A stretch of DNA of 62,818 nt, filler included, from Octopus bimaculoides (lineage: Eukaryota): NCBI RefSeq assembly GCF_001194135.2. It is 6 parts of 6 records of this genome, joined end to end, with 100 filler letters (N's around TTAATTAATTAA, not from the genome) between each part and the next. Parts side by side here need not be neighbours in the genome. Positions count along the whole stretch, not along the records: positions 20,269 to 42,382 come from NC_068984.1; 5 more parts are not named here. One strand, written 5' to 3'. The position numbers were made by a program, and so were the translations under genes. Below the pieces are notes generated by a model. The model was not told the DNA's origin and ran no database searches. It was given only the letters and a program-made list of their open reading frames with translations. Below, one piece after another: positions 26,045-38,013 of this stretch. Position 1 is the first letter of the stretch; each line of letters begins with the position of its first letter.

Positions 26045-26728
26045 CCAGAATGTAGATTGCAAGGACAAGAAATTACGGAGAGTACGAGTTGTATGGTTTA
26101 GCACTACTTTTAAGATTTCGTATATGACAGTTTTCCCAAGACTTATCCAAGGAAGCTACTGACTTTATTTAATGTGAATCTTAGCGCTCCAATCACAAGT
26201 GGTATTGTTTACGTCTTCAGTGTTCTTGCTTATTTCAGATTCCAGGCGTTTATATTTGGCAAGTTTATCATATTCATTGGCAGGTACATATTTCTTTGAT
26301 ATACAGGTCTTGATTTTGGTTGACTTTAACAATATTTGGCAGTTAGCATTGTTTGTGTGATCAGTGTTAATTGCAAAGTCGCAACAGATGGTAATGTTAC
26401 TTTCAACTACTGGTTTCGGTTGATATTTATACCAGCTCTTCGCATGTTCAGCACCTACGCTTTTGCACAAAGTTCAGTGAAAGTGTTGGCCAACTCTGTC
26501 CTCTCTAGCAGAGTATTCAGTTGGAGCCAGAGTTGGGTATTCATATATTATATGGTCAATTAGCGTTTTTGTGGGCAACACAAACTTTGCACTTAGGGCC
26601 TGGTTCGTTTTTGTGGAAGTTAGCTTGATAATTGTTTGTGCTTAGACTGAATCACTCTTTCAGCCTTCAACTCTGAACTTCGAAGCTTTCTGTCTTCAAC
26701 CCTGAACTTCTCAGCCATTTATCGAAGC
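26045..26728 (-). mobile_element. R4/Dong-type LINE 3' fragment, degenerate
   Basis: WLRSSGLKTES...IDHII..PTLAPTEYSARED RVGQHFH*TLCKS..KSWYKYQP...KLAKYKRLESEISK; 5' end abuts (AAT)n at 26729-26846. Confidence 0.8.
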
Positions 26729-26815
<87 letters not shown>

Positions 26816-27344
26816 CATCATTATTATTATTATTATTATTATTATTGGATGACAGAGTAGTGCATGCCAACAAACTGTCACTGGGGTACAAATATACGAA
26901 AGCCAATATACCCATCATGACTACCCGTCTGATATGGGTACATCAGGCACTTGCATCACAACCATATATGCGCGATATGATGATCTCATATGATAAACTG
27001 CATGAATTTGCAGGTTGGGTCCAGTTAGAATTTTCTTCATGTCGAGTAGCCCATCCCGCTCAAAAGGTCCTTGAATAAGGGTTTTTTAAGGATGATGAAA
27101 AAAAAAAAAACACCCATGTTATCAGAGGTGAATTATTCAAACCCCCCACCAAATTTCTCTCAACAGATGGCTATGATCCTCCCCAATTACTTCAGCTCGT
27201 GATCACAGATGCACATATCGTCAGCCACGAAGGGACATGCTCAACTGGTTAAGTTCAAACAACTGACAAGCAAATTGGTAGTATTGAGCAGAATATTTAC
27301 TGTGGCCCACCTATTTTGCACCACCACAATACATATACAAGATA

Positions 27345-27557
27345 AGCCGGCAAGCTGGCAGAAACGTTAGCACGCCGGGCGAAATGCTTAGCGGTATTTC
27401 GTCTGTCTTTACGTTCTGAGTTCAAATTCCACCGAGGTTGACTTTGCCTTTCATCCTTTCGGAGTAGATAAATTAAGCACCAGTTGCATACTGGGGTCGA
27501 TGTAATCGACTGGCCCCCTCCCCAAAGATTTTGGACCTTGTACCTAGAATAGAAAAG
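27345..27557 (+). mobile_element. SINE family C with 17-bp target-site duplication
   Basis: Head GCTGGCAGAAACGTTAGCAC..GAGTTCAAATTCC, core GACTTTGCCTTTCATCCTTTCGG..GATAAATTAAG. TSD AATACATA(T/G)ACAAGATA at 27328-27344 and 27558-27574. Confidence 0.85.
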
Positions 27558-27774
27558 AATACATAGACAAGATAGCACTTCCAAACAAGTGACAAGCAAA
27601 TCGGTGATATTGAGCAGAATATTTGCTGTAGCCCATCTTTTATACCAAGACGAAACATGCACATGACAACACTTCCAATCAGTTAATATCGGAAGCCATG
27701 AGAGCCACTGCCTGGTGCTGCATCAGGGCATTTATTATCCTGTAAAACGAATTCAACTCTCGGCCAAGTGTATA

Positions 27775-28240
27775 GTGAAGACCGACGCACCATCTCCTCT
27801 TAGCAGAGAAAGGAAATCTTTCTCTGCTTAGTGGCTGTGGCAAAAGAGGCTGTGTGGTGGACACATCTGAAAGGTTTGAAGACTGGCATATTTCTATCTG
27901 GACAAGCCCTCATCAATTTCTTCAGATATCATTTGAAGAGGAAGGTGAGGGTAAAGAGGGAGGTGCTGCCTTCTAGTGTGTTTATCAAAAGGTGATCAAC
28001 AGTGGCAAGACTGGTGAGACTGAATGGATCTACTATCAATATGCTTTTCTAAGCAGGGGGAAAGAAACTGGACGAGGGCACTTTCTCATACCTTGCAGAT
28101 GGCAGAGTAACCCGGGATTTTGTGTGGGGGTCTCCGCTATTGGGGATGCTATTTATCTATTTGTTTGTTTATTTCTCTACTTTCTATTATATATCCTCTG
28201 TTATATCCATTATTGTGGTAGTATCTGCCCTTGATTCAAA
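27775..28240 (+). mobile_element. Tx1/L1-like LINE ORF2 C-terminus and 3' UTR
   Basis: LCLVAVAKEAVWWTHLKGLKTGIFLSGQALINFFRYHLKRKVRVKREVL..FIKR*. Confidence 0.75.
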
Positions 28241-28406
28241 TTAACACCACATGCTTCTGTAATTTTTGTGCTGTAACTCGTCCTTCGATATTGTCCTCCA
28301 TGTTTTGATCCCATGTGGCCAATAAAAGAAATCATTATTGTCATCATCATCATCATCATCATCATCATCGTCATCGTCATCATCATCATCGTCCTCCTCC
28401 TCCTCC

Positions 28407-28440
<34 letters not shown>

Positions 28441-28469
28441 AATCCTCCTCGTCCTCGTCCTCGTCGTCG

Positions 28470-28503
<34 letters not shown>

Positions 28504-28507
28504 TATT

Positions 28508-29043
28508 GCCTTTGCACAACTTCTAACGCTGGAGATGTACTACAGTGTCAGCTGTTCCCTACCAGTGAACTAAGGTTACACCTCTTATTTTTCGAGCACC
28601 TTCCGGAGTATTCGGGCGGTTCCAAGCAGTGCTGTTTTCTGCAAGTGCTCCACCTTTATTGTAGCCCCTATTTGTTCCACGTACTTCTCGAGATTTTTGC
28701 TCACTGTTCCCAGGGCTCCGACAATTATTGTTGCTACTGCTACCTTTTTCATCGACCACAACTGCTTAACTTCCCAAGCTTACCTGTCATATCCCTCGAC
28801 TTTTCTTTCTTCCTTATCGCATACCTTGTTGTCAGCTGGGCATGTTATATCTATGATTCAGCATAGTTTGTTTTCTTTCTCAATTAAGACTATGTCTGGC
28901 TTCCTATTCTCTATCTCATGGTCGCACTGAATCATAAAATCCCATTCGATCTTTGCATTTTTATTTTCGACCATGCCTTTGGTTTTGTGGTCGTACCAAT
29001 ATTTTGCTGTCTGGTTTGTGGTCGTACCAATTTTTTGCTCATG
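28508..29043 (-). mobile_element. R4/Dong-type LINE 3' fragment (RLE domain)
   Basis: WYDHK..VENKNAKIEWDFMIQCDHEIENRKPDIVLIEK...IIDITCPAD...IVGALGTVSKNLEK...LQKTALLGTARILRKVLEK*; flanked by (AAT)n and (GAT)n. Confidence 0.9.
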
Positions 29044-29168
<125 letters not shown>

Positions 29169-29459
29169 CCAGTCCGGAAAGCTGGCAGAATCAATTGTAC
29201 ACCGGGGAAAATATTCAGCGGTATTTCGTCCGTCTTTGCCAAGGTCAGATTTGCCGAGGTCAGCTTTGCCAGTTATCCTTTCAGAATCGATAAAGTTAGT
29301 ATCAGTTGAGCACTGGGGTCGATGTAATCTACTTAGCCCCGCTCCCGAAATTGCTGGTATTGTGCCAAAATTTGACACCATTATTAATGTTATTATGAGT
29401 TTATGAGCTTTCTTCTTGCTGGTTTGTTTCCATTTCTTGCTGAGTGTCTTCCCGACACC

Positions 29460-29812
29460 TAGGCCAAATAAACTCACTTTTGCAAACGGTTCGAGATTTG
29501 CTCTTCGCAGACTATTGCGCACTTGTAGCACACTCTCTTGGGGACATGCAATGGATTCTAAACAACTCGCGTGCATCGAAGGCTTTTGGTCCGACCATCA
29601 GCACCAAGAAAACTGAGCTTGTCCATCAGCCCCATTCGTGACTGTCTTCCTGCTGTTTCCCCACATTGTATATTTTTTGATGGGAAAGAATTAAAAACTG
29701 TTTTCTCCTTCACTTATCTTGGTTTTATTGTGTCCTATAATGCAAAGATAGATAAAGAAATCGAGCCCAGAATCGGAAAGGCTGGTTCTGCTTTTGGAAC
29801 AGCCACGACGTT
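29460..29812 (+). mobile_element. RTE/BovB-like LINE reverse transcriptase fragment
   Basis: [33 protein letters not shown] and FSFTYLGFIVSYNAKIDKEIEPRIGKAGSAFG. Confidence 0.85.
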
Positions 29813-29821
29813 ATATATATG

Positions 29822-30400
29822 CAAATCAGCGGCACTATACAAAAAGATCGACACAGTCCAACAGATGAACTACAGGGAGCGACTGAAGGCACTAGGTCTC
29901 TATTCCCGGGAGCGCAGGCGGGAGAGATATGTAATAATATACATATGGAAAATATTGGAAGGACTGGTACCAAACTTTGGCATCAAGTACTACACGAATG
30001 CCCGCACAGGTCGCCACTGCATGGTACCAAGGGTACCGTCCACTGCATCTCACATAAGAACAAGGTACTGCAACAGCCTCGGTTTCAGAGGACCTCAGCT
30101 CTTTAATGCCCTGCCAAAACATTTGAAAGACCTGCAAGACATCGATATAGAGGTCTTCAAAACAAAACTCGACGTTTTCCTCTCCACGATACCAGACGAA
30201 CCAATAGCTCGAAATGAGACACAGTTTAGGGCAGCGATGTCAAATTCTCTTAGGCACCAGATGTGCCATCAAAACTCTTGATTGGACTATATCAGTTGGA
30301 GGAGAAGAGCCATGCAAGGAACGTGAAGAAAGCACAAAAGTCACGGTGGTGCTCCAGCATGACCACATCCACTTGGCTGAAACCCATAAATGAATAATTA
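29822..30400 (+). mobile_element. CR1/L2-group LINE 3' end with 3' UTR
   Basis: MNYRERLKALGLYSRERRRERYVIIYIWKILEGLVPN...RGPQLFNALPKHLK..FKTKLDVFLSTIPDEP; tail GGTGGTGCTCCAGCATGACCAC..CTGAAAC. Confidence 0.85.
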
Positions 30401-31182
30401 AAATATATATATATATATATATATATANNNNNNNNNNNNNNNNNNNNNNNNNNNNNNNNNNNNNNNNNNNNNNNNNNNNNNNNNNNNNNNNNNNNNNNNN
30501 NNNNNNNNNNNNNNNNNNNNNNNNNNNNNNNNNNNNNNNNNNNNNNNNNNNNNNNNNNNTATATATATGTGTGAACACGTGGACAAACGCAGATACACAC
30601 AAAAGCCACAGACCATCCAACTTTGATGGCAGTGTTTAAACGGCAAATATAATGCGCACGCGCAGACACATGAAAGCATACACATACATACAAAGAGACA
30701 TAGATACAAGCTCATAGGCAAGCATATCAGAATGATGTATATTAGTTGATACAATACAAATCCATGGTTACATATACACACACATATTAAGCCACACATT
30801 TACACACGTATGTAGAAAACAAAAGCTTTTTGTCTATGGATAGTTTTGGCTAGTCATGCATATATTACCAACCATTCTATAAGTGTGTCAGCGTGAAATT
30901 GATGGGTGTATCGGTTTTAGTGTGTTTGTATGTGCGTCCGTGTGTGTGCGTGCGCGTGTGCATGTGTGTGAGACAGAGGGTATGTCTGAATATGTATCCG
31001 TGTGCGTGCGAAGTATGTATATGGGTGGGTTGGTGTCTTTTTTTTTCTGTGAACTAGCGTGTCTTTATAATCCAGTGTAATTAATAGAGTAAAAATCCCA
31101 CGAAATTTACCCGCATCTTTTTGAAAGTAACATTTCGTTTGTGACTTTCATGGGAAAATAATAGTAATGAGTATAATTGTGA

Positions 31183-31230
<48 letters not shown>

Positions 31231-31642
31231 GAGGAGGAGGAGGAGGCACTGGTTTCTATTGTGTGTAGCACAAGTTCTGAAAATTGGAGGAGGAATTACT
31301 CACTAACTTCAACCTCAGTATTTGACTGGTATTGTTTCTTCTCAGCCCCGGAGAGGAAAGACAAAGTTGACCACAACTGAAATCAAACTCGGACAATAAA
31401 GAACTAGAACAAATAATAAAAGGCTATAACTGCTTCTTTTTTAACCGACGCCCCAACAATCCTGCCATCGTTGAACTGAATTTCGGCATAATAACAGTAA
31501 ATTTGAAGAGCGGGCAATATTTTGATACTATCATCAAGTACTATCGTTGATGGTATCGGCTAAACTCATCCTCTAAAATGGTGGACTCTTGCCCAAATCA
31601 GTAACCATTGTTGTTGTGGTTATCTTTATTTTTGTTGTTGTT

Positions 31643-32110
31643 AGGCAGCGAGCTGGTAGAATCGTTAGCGCACTGGGCAAAATGCATGGCGCTATTTCTT
31701 CTGGGGCAGCGTTCTGAGTTGAAATTCCACCGAGATCAACTTTGCCTTTCATCCTTTCGGTGTCGATAAAATAAGTACTACTTGAACACTTGGGTCGATG
31801 TAATCGACTCATCCCCTCCCCGCAAATTGCTGCCTTTGTGGCAAAATTTGAAACCATTATTAGTGTTGTTGTTGTTTTCGTTTTTATCTTTAAAGTGGCG
31901 ACCTCACAGATTCGTTAGCACGCCGGGCAAAATGTCTAGAGGTATTTCGTCTGTCTTTACGTTCTGAGTTCAAATTCCGCCGAGGTCGACTTTGCCTTTC
32001 ATCTTTTCGGGGTTGATAAATTAAGTACCAGTGAAACACTGAGGTCGATGTAATCGACTAGCCACCCCACACACACAAAGACTTTCAGGCCTTGTGTCTA
32101 TAGTAGAAAA
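31643..32110 (+). mobile_element. Two tandem SINE family C copies
   Basis: 31643-31858 and 31895-32110. Other copies at ~10040-10200(-), 12300-12518(+), 16255-16460(-), 29172-29385(+), 31245-31400(-) and 47443-47580(-). Confidence 0.85.
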
Positions 32111-32124
32111 CATTATTATTATTA

Positions 32125-32191
<67 letters not shown>

Positions 32192-32195
<4 letters not shown>

Positions 32196-32761
32196 TAGTT
32201 TTATTTTTATAACGTGCTTTCACTTCACTACCGAGCGCAGCTCTGTGCGCCTTGGGTATGTGCTGTGGTTTGCTGTGGTGCTCTTATGTTTACTGTATTG
32301 AAAGTGTTTTGCGTAGAATGTGTGCAGTACCCAGTAGTGCAATTTTCTGTATGTTATATATATTTGTAAGTCCTGGTGTTTTTGTTATGTATTTGTCTGA
32401 ATATTTTTTTATTATACCTAAGGCACCTACTATGATAGGAATTGTTTCTGTTTTTAGATTCCACATTCGAGTTATCTCTATTTCCAGGTCTTTGTATTTT
32501 GAAAGTTTTTCCATTTCTTTTAGGGAAACGTTGTCATCTGCTGGTATTGAAACATCAATTAGAAGGCATTTTTTTCCTTCATGATCTTTGACAACTATAT
32601 CTGGTCTATTTGCCTTAATTTCTCTATCTGTGTGTATTGGCATATCCCAGAGTATGGTTGCTTTCTCGTTTTCTGTGACCTTTTCTGGCGTGTGTTTATA
32701 CCATCTTTTTTCTGTTGCTATTCCATAATGTTGGCATAGCTTCCAGTGTATATAGGTCCCA
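32192..32761 (-). mobile_element. R4/Dong-type LINE 3' fragment, RLE ORF intact (young copy)
   Basis: Uninterrupted GTYIHWKLCQHYG..WYKHTPEKVTENEKATILWDMPIHTDREIKANRPDIVV..IDVSIP..KYKDLEIE..IIVGALG..QKIALLGTAHILRKTLSIQ*; (AAT)n on both sides. Confidence 0.92.
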
Positions 32762-33487
32762 TATTATTATTATTATTATCATTATTATTATTAATATTAT
32801 TGTTATTATTGTTGTTGTTGTTCTTGTTATTGTTGTTGTTGTTGTTGTCGTTGCTATTATTATCATCATCATTATCACTATCGGCTGAACATGTGTCGTA
32901 CTGCTCTTATGTTCATCGCTTTAATTGTTTCTGCAAAAGTGGTTAATTGTTCAATTTTGTGACAAAACGTTTGTTGAAAAAACAACCATTATGTAGGTCT
33001 GGCTGGTTTGTTCGTTTGTTTTCATTTTGTTGTGGAAAATGTAATTTAAAAAAAAAAACATGTCCGCTCTGCTCAGACACATGGAGTAGGAAGTCAAAGG
33101 TAGCTTTGATAATGAGTTATAGTACACGTCAGAGTTATCTGTCTTCAACCCTCAAACGGTAGGCGAGCTAACTACTCACTAAGTTCAAAGTTCAGTGGAC
33201 CACACTAACCATATGACAATTAACAGCAGCAGCAACGACAACAGCGACAACACAGCATGGTAATTTAATTCCAAATATTGAGTTAATTTTCCCCCAATGA
33301 AAGTGATAATACCACAGATATTACCTAACAGCAACAATACGACCATGAACACGACAACCACCACTGCAACAACAAAAATTATAATAGAAAGAAAAATCAA
33401 AAACAACAGTAACCTCGGCTACATTAACGGCAACAATATTCCCACCGTGAATAGCAATAGCAACAGGAACAACTATAACACCAGCAA

Positions 33488-33808
33488 TGGCACTCCGTCG
33501 GTTACGACGACGAGGGTTCCAGTTGATCCGATCAACAGAACATTCTCCTCGTTAAATTATCCTGCATGTGCTTGAGCATTCCACCGACACGTGTACCCTT
33601 AACGTAGTTCTCGGGAAGATTCAGTGTGACACAGAGTGTGATAAGGTTGGTCCTTTGAAATACAAGTACTACTCATTTTTCCTAGCTGAGTGGACTCGAG
33701 CAACATGAAATAAAGTGTCTTGATCAAGGATTCAACGCGTCGCTGGGAATTGAACTCACGATCTTACGATCTTGAGACGAATATCCTAACCACTAAGCCA
33801 TGCGCCTT
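33488..33808 (-). mobile_element. Head-2/family A-body SINE
   Basis: GGCGCATGGCTTAGTGGTTAGG head plus family A body. Confidence 0.8.
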
Positions 33809-33954
33809 CATAACATCAACAGTACATTCGCAGCAACGGCTGCTGCAGGGAACTATACAGAACTATATAGAAAGGATGAGATCTTCGAGGGAGAGGGTGA
33901 GATTTTCGGCACTAGCTTTGTTCAAGTGCCAACAACTCTTATGATAATACAGTT

Positions 33955-34177
33955 CTATATTTAAGAGATGAGGAATTATATACATTATTTACATTATTTA
34001 CAATTGACGGATATTTGCTCTCATCTTGTTTGTTAACACAACGTTTCGGATGATATACCCTCCAGCCTTCATCAGGTGTCTTGGGGAAATTTCGAACCTG
34101 GGTTCTCATTCCTAAGGAATTTTTCGATGTTGCTGTTGCTGTTGTTGTTGTTGTTATTGTTGTTGTTGTTGTTGTTG

Positions 34178-34246
<69 letters not shown>

Positions 34247-34292
34247 TCACTGCCTGGAATCGAATTCGGAATCTTGGTGTTAGTAGCCCCGT
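33955..34292 (-). mobile_element. Composite element: tRNA-like head, (AAT/AAC)n linker, hammerhead-containing body
   Basis: Minus strand reads GGGGCTACTAACACC (anticodon-arm-like) AAGATTCCGAATTCGATTCCAGGC (B-box-like), then the microsatellite, then a body with the HHR at 34035-34080. Confidence 0.55.
34035..34080 (-). ncRNA. Minimal hammerhead ribozyme motif (PLE-type), canonical core
   Basis: GACAC-CTGATGA-A-GGCTG-gagggtatat-CATCC-GAAAC-GTT-GTGTT: stem I 5 bp, stem II 4/5 bp, minimal stem III, GUU triplet. Confidence 0.7.
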
Positions 34293-34295
34293 TCT

Positions 34296-35000
34296 AGGTG
34301 GCCCGTGTCATCTAGAAATGGGCAAGGAGGAAGCTGTTTCTGAAGGGTCAGAAAGAGGTAACAAATGCGCACATTCCGTCATCTACTACAGTCTGACCGT
34401 CACTTGTACTTCGTGGTTAATCAAGTTGGAGCTTTTGCTCTTCTGCTTTCTGTGGAAAGAATGTGTTCCACTTGCTAGATGGTCCACTTGCTGTCAGAAG
34501 TTGCTGAATGGAAGACCAGGCATGCCGTGGCTAATGATGTGCAGAGGCTGCGACAACTTCAGTGTTTCTTTTTAAGTGAGTAGGTGTGGTCACCTTTTGC
34601 CAGACAGGATTTCATTGACGGAGCTACAGTTCCACATTAGAGTTCTATACAGGATTAGTGGTGGTGTTGGGAGCGGAGAGCAACGACGATGACGTTCTTC
34701 GGGAGGCTCTGAGCATCGACGAAAACCAGCTAGCTAGTCTGTTCTTGAAGATTTTCGGGTTGGGGCTAGTAATTCCTGGCCTGGCAGTGCTAACATTGGT
34801 ATCTGCTGATTCGAGACAAACTCTACAGGTTCTATCAGACGGACCTGTCCGAGATGTGGGCACGGTGATGAAACCGTTCAACATGCGCTCGTCCAGTGTC
34901 CAGGAATTGCTAACAGGTGGAAGAGTTTTGTTGGACAGATGTTGATGAGTTTAGGATGAAAAATTCCTAAAAATAGGGAGACTTTGTAGAGCTGCTCACG
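34296..35000 (+). mobile_element. Tx1/L1-like LINE fragment (RT thumb + CCHC)
   Basis: WARRKLFLKG..; LFCFLWKECVPL..CCQ..NGRPGMPWL; RTCPRCGHGDETVQHALVQCP. Confidence 0.75.
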
Positions 35001-35039
35001 AAAACCTCACAAAACTACGGTCGCCTTGACAAATAGGAC

Positions 35040-35660
35040 AAGTGCCCTTTCCACATTGTCCTCCTTCGACCTACAGACACATACCTAGAATAGACCCGTT
35101 CACTTGGATTATTCTGGACACATTCACCCACCTTTGAACAAAATTGCTGAGAGGCAGCAAATTTTCTACCTTCATTTCCTTTTCTACCTTCAATTTTTTC
35201 CCAACTTGAAACATTTGGTGAAAATTTTGCTAAGGAAGATATGTCTTCTGCCCTTTCAATCTGGTCCACCATACAGCCTCTTTCACTAAATCTACCAGAC
35301 ATATAGATACTGCACACCCTTCCCGACCAGCTGACGGCAGGTGTTTGACATAAACCTACAAGTCAGCAATGCTCGGGTACGCACTGAACGAGAGTATGCA
35401 GAACACTTTCGTCGCTCTGAGAGCATCTCGGGCGAGCCCGGCTGACGATACTTCCATGCCTTTACAGCTTATTCCGAACCGGTAATACTCCCCGGTAGCA
35501 CTGCCAAGCCAAGGATTTCTGGAAATTATCCATGGATACCGCCCAAAAGTCTTCCGGAAGAAACACGCCAGTTGATTTTTGTCGACACCTATTCTCTCCC
35601 CAAGAACGTCATTGCACTTGCCTTCCACTAATCCTTTACAGAACACCAAAGTTGATAATC
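35040..35660 (-). mobile_element. Tx1/L1-like LINE 3' fragment, opposite orientation
   Basis: MDNFQKSLAWQCYRGVLPVRNKL..PRCSQSDESVLH..; LVKEAVWWTRLKG. Confidence 0.75.
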
Positions 35661-36512
35661 ATAATCATGAGCATAATGGATAATTACTATTACATAAAGA
35701 AACAATTAAGAATAGCATCCAAATCTTTTCCAAATTACATCACAATGTCCGCAAAACAAACAGAACATGTACTCGTAAGTATAGTCTCTTAAAAAGATGG
35801 AACGGACACAAGTGGAACACCATTTATCATACATCTACACTAGCAGAGCTAACTTAATGCAAAACCGAAAATATGATAAAAGTAAAAACTTAAAAAATAA
35901 CCGAAAATGAACAGTGGCTATGACAATGATGATGACGATGATGATGATGTTGATAGTAAATGATGATGATTATGAGGAGAAGGAGGAGAACGACGACGAC
36001 GATGACGAAGACAACGATGACGTCGACGTTGGTGATAGTTTAGACACGCGGGAAAATAATAGTGAAAAAGGGAAAGGTACAGGTAAAAAATAAATAACAC
36101 ATGTGAAGTGTGTAGAATATAATATAAAAGCAATCGTTAGCTAAAAGCCCACGTCTTTGTTCAAATATTGTATTCATTACACTCATTTGAATAATCTGGC
36201 TCCCACTGATGGCAAAATTATATATACATGTATGTATGTGTGTGTGTGTATATATATATATATATAGTGTGTGTGTGAGTGTTTTTGTGTGTTGAGAGAA
36301 GAAAAAATAAAACATAAAAATAGAATAAATAAAATAACTTGTTTTTTGTTTTGGTGGCACACTTACGCGGTACACACGCGAACGGAACATTGCCTAGTGT
36401 GCTTCTTGCTTTAGAGTGCATGTATATGCGTGAATATACATACACACACAAACAAATACATACATACATATATACATACACACACACACGCACACGCACA
36501 CGCACGCGCACG

Positions 36513-36565
<53 letters not shown>

Positions 36566-37200
36566 NNNNNNNNNNNNNNNNNNNNNNNNNNNNNNNNNNN
36601 NNNNNNNNNNNNNNNNNNNNNNNNNNNNNNNNNNNNNNNNNNNNNNNNNNNNNNNNNNNNNNNNNNNNNNNNNNNNNNNNNNNNNNNNNNNNNNNNNNNN
36701 NNNNNNNNNNNNNNNNNNNNNNNNNNNNNNNNNNNNNNNNNNNNNNNNNNNNNNNNNNNNNNNNNNNNNNNNNNNNNNNNNNNNNNNNNNNNNNNNNNNN
36801 NNNNNNNNNNNNNNNNNNNNNNNNNNNNNNNNNNNNNNNNNNNNNNNNNNNNNNNNNNNNNNNNNNNNNNNNNNNNNNNNNNNNNNNNNNNNNNNNNNNN
36901 NNNNNNNNNNNNNNNNNNNNNNNNNNNNNNNNNNNNNNNNNNNNNNNNNNNNNNNNNNNNNNNNNNNNNNNNNNNNNNNNNNNNNNNNNNNNNNNNNNNN
37001 NNNNNNNNNNNNNNNNNNNNNNNNNNNNNNNNNNNNNNNNNNNNNNNNNNNNNNNNNNNNNNNNNNNNNNNNNNNNNNNNNNNNNNNNNNNNNNNNNNNN
37101 NNNNNNNNNNNNNNNNNNNNNNNNNNNNNNNNNNNNNNNNNNNNNNNNNNNNNNNNNNNNNNNNNNNNNNNNNNNNNNNNNNNNNNNNNNNNNNNNNNNN

Positions 37201-37235
<35 letters not shown>

Positions 37236-37382
37236 ATATAAGAAGAAAAATAAGCTAAAATGCACATTTGAAATCAAATAAGTAAAGGCTTTTTATAAAA
37301 AGTAACGATAGATATATACAATTAGATGAACTGAGGTAGGAATAAATGTAATAAAAGACATTATTGCAAATAGTTAAAGAGA

Positions 37383-37428
37383 TTCAAAAGCATACCTGTT
37401 TCGTAAAGTTACTAATCATTGCTTTGAA
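37383..37428 (-). ncRNA. Minimal type I hammerhead motif, A3-U8 core variant (inverted pLTR copy)
   Basis: Minus strand reads TTCAAAGCA-ATGATTA-GTAACTTTAC-GAAAC-AG-GTA-TGCTTTTGAA; stem II GTA/TAC intact. Confidence 0.6.
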
Positions 37429-37967
37429 TGCACAACGATTACTGAACGGTGTCAGGTCTACTAGTCCCCGAGTAAAAAGATTATGTGTAAGGGAGGTAAG
37501 TAGTTCTGGATTTGTTGGAACTAGGGTAGATATAATTATATTGGCCAAACAGGAATATCACTCCGTCGAAGAACCATTTTCCACAAAGAACAAATCCGCA
37601 ACCCACAATACAGACAGATGCAGGTCAGTGGACACATAGAAAAGTATGCAAGGAAACTTAATCCTAATTTCCTAATTTTCCTCTTCTATCAATGTTCACA
37701 CAATACCTAAGTACAAGAAAGAATGAATAAAGAAGCAACTTTCATCAATAGATATATTCCAAAACTCAATATGAATACATAACATAATACAGAACACTTA
37801 TAACCTTTCAATTAATACCACTAACCCCCATACATCCCATACACCATTCACATTACGGATCTATATTTACCCCAATTGCACCAAATCCAGAACTACTTAC
37901 CTCCCTTACACATAATCTTTTTACTCAGGGACTAGTAGACCTGAGACCGTTCAGTAATCGGTGTGCA

Positions 37968-38013
37968 TTCAAAGCAATGATTAATAACTTTACGAAACCG
38001 GTATGCTTTTGAA
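37968..38013 (+). ncRNA. Minimal type I hammerhead ribozyme motif, A3-U8 core variant
   Basis: Stem I TTCAAAGCA/TGCTTTTGAA; core ATGATTA; stem II ATAACTTTAC (first pair broken); GAAA; palindromic stem III ACCGGT; GUA cleavage triplet. Confidence 0.6.
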
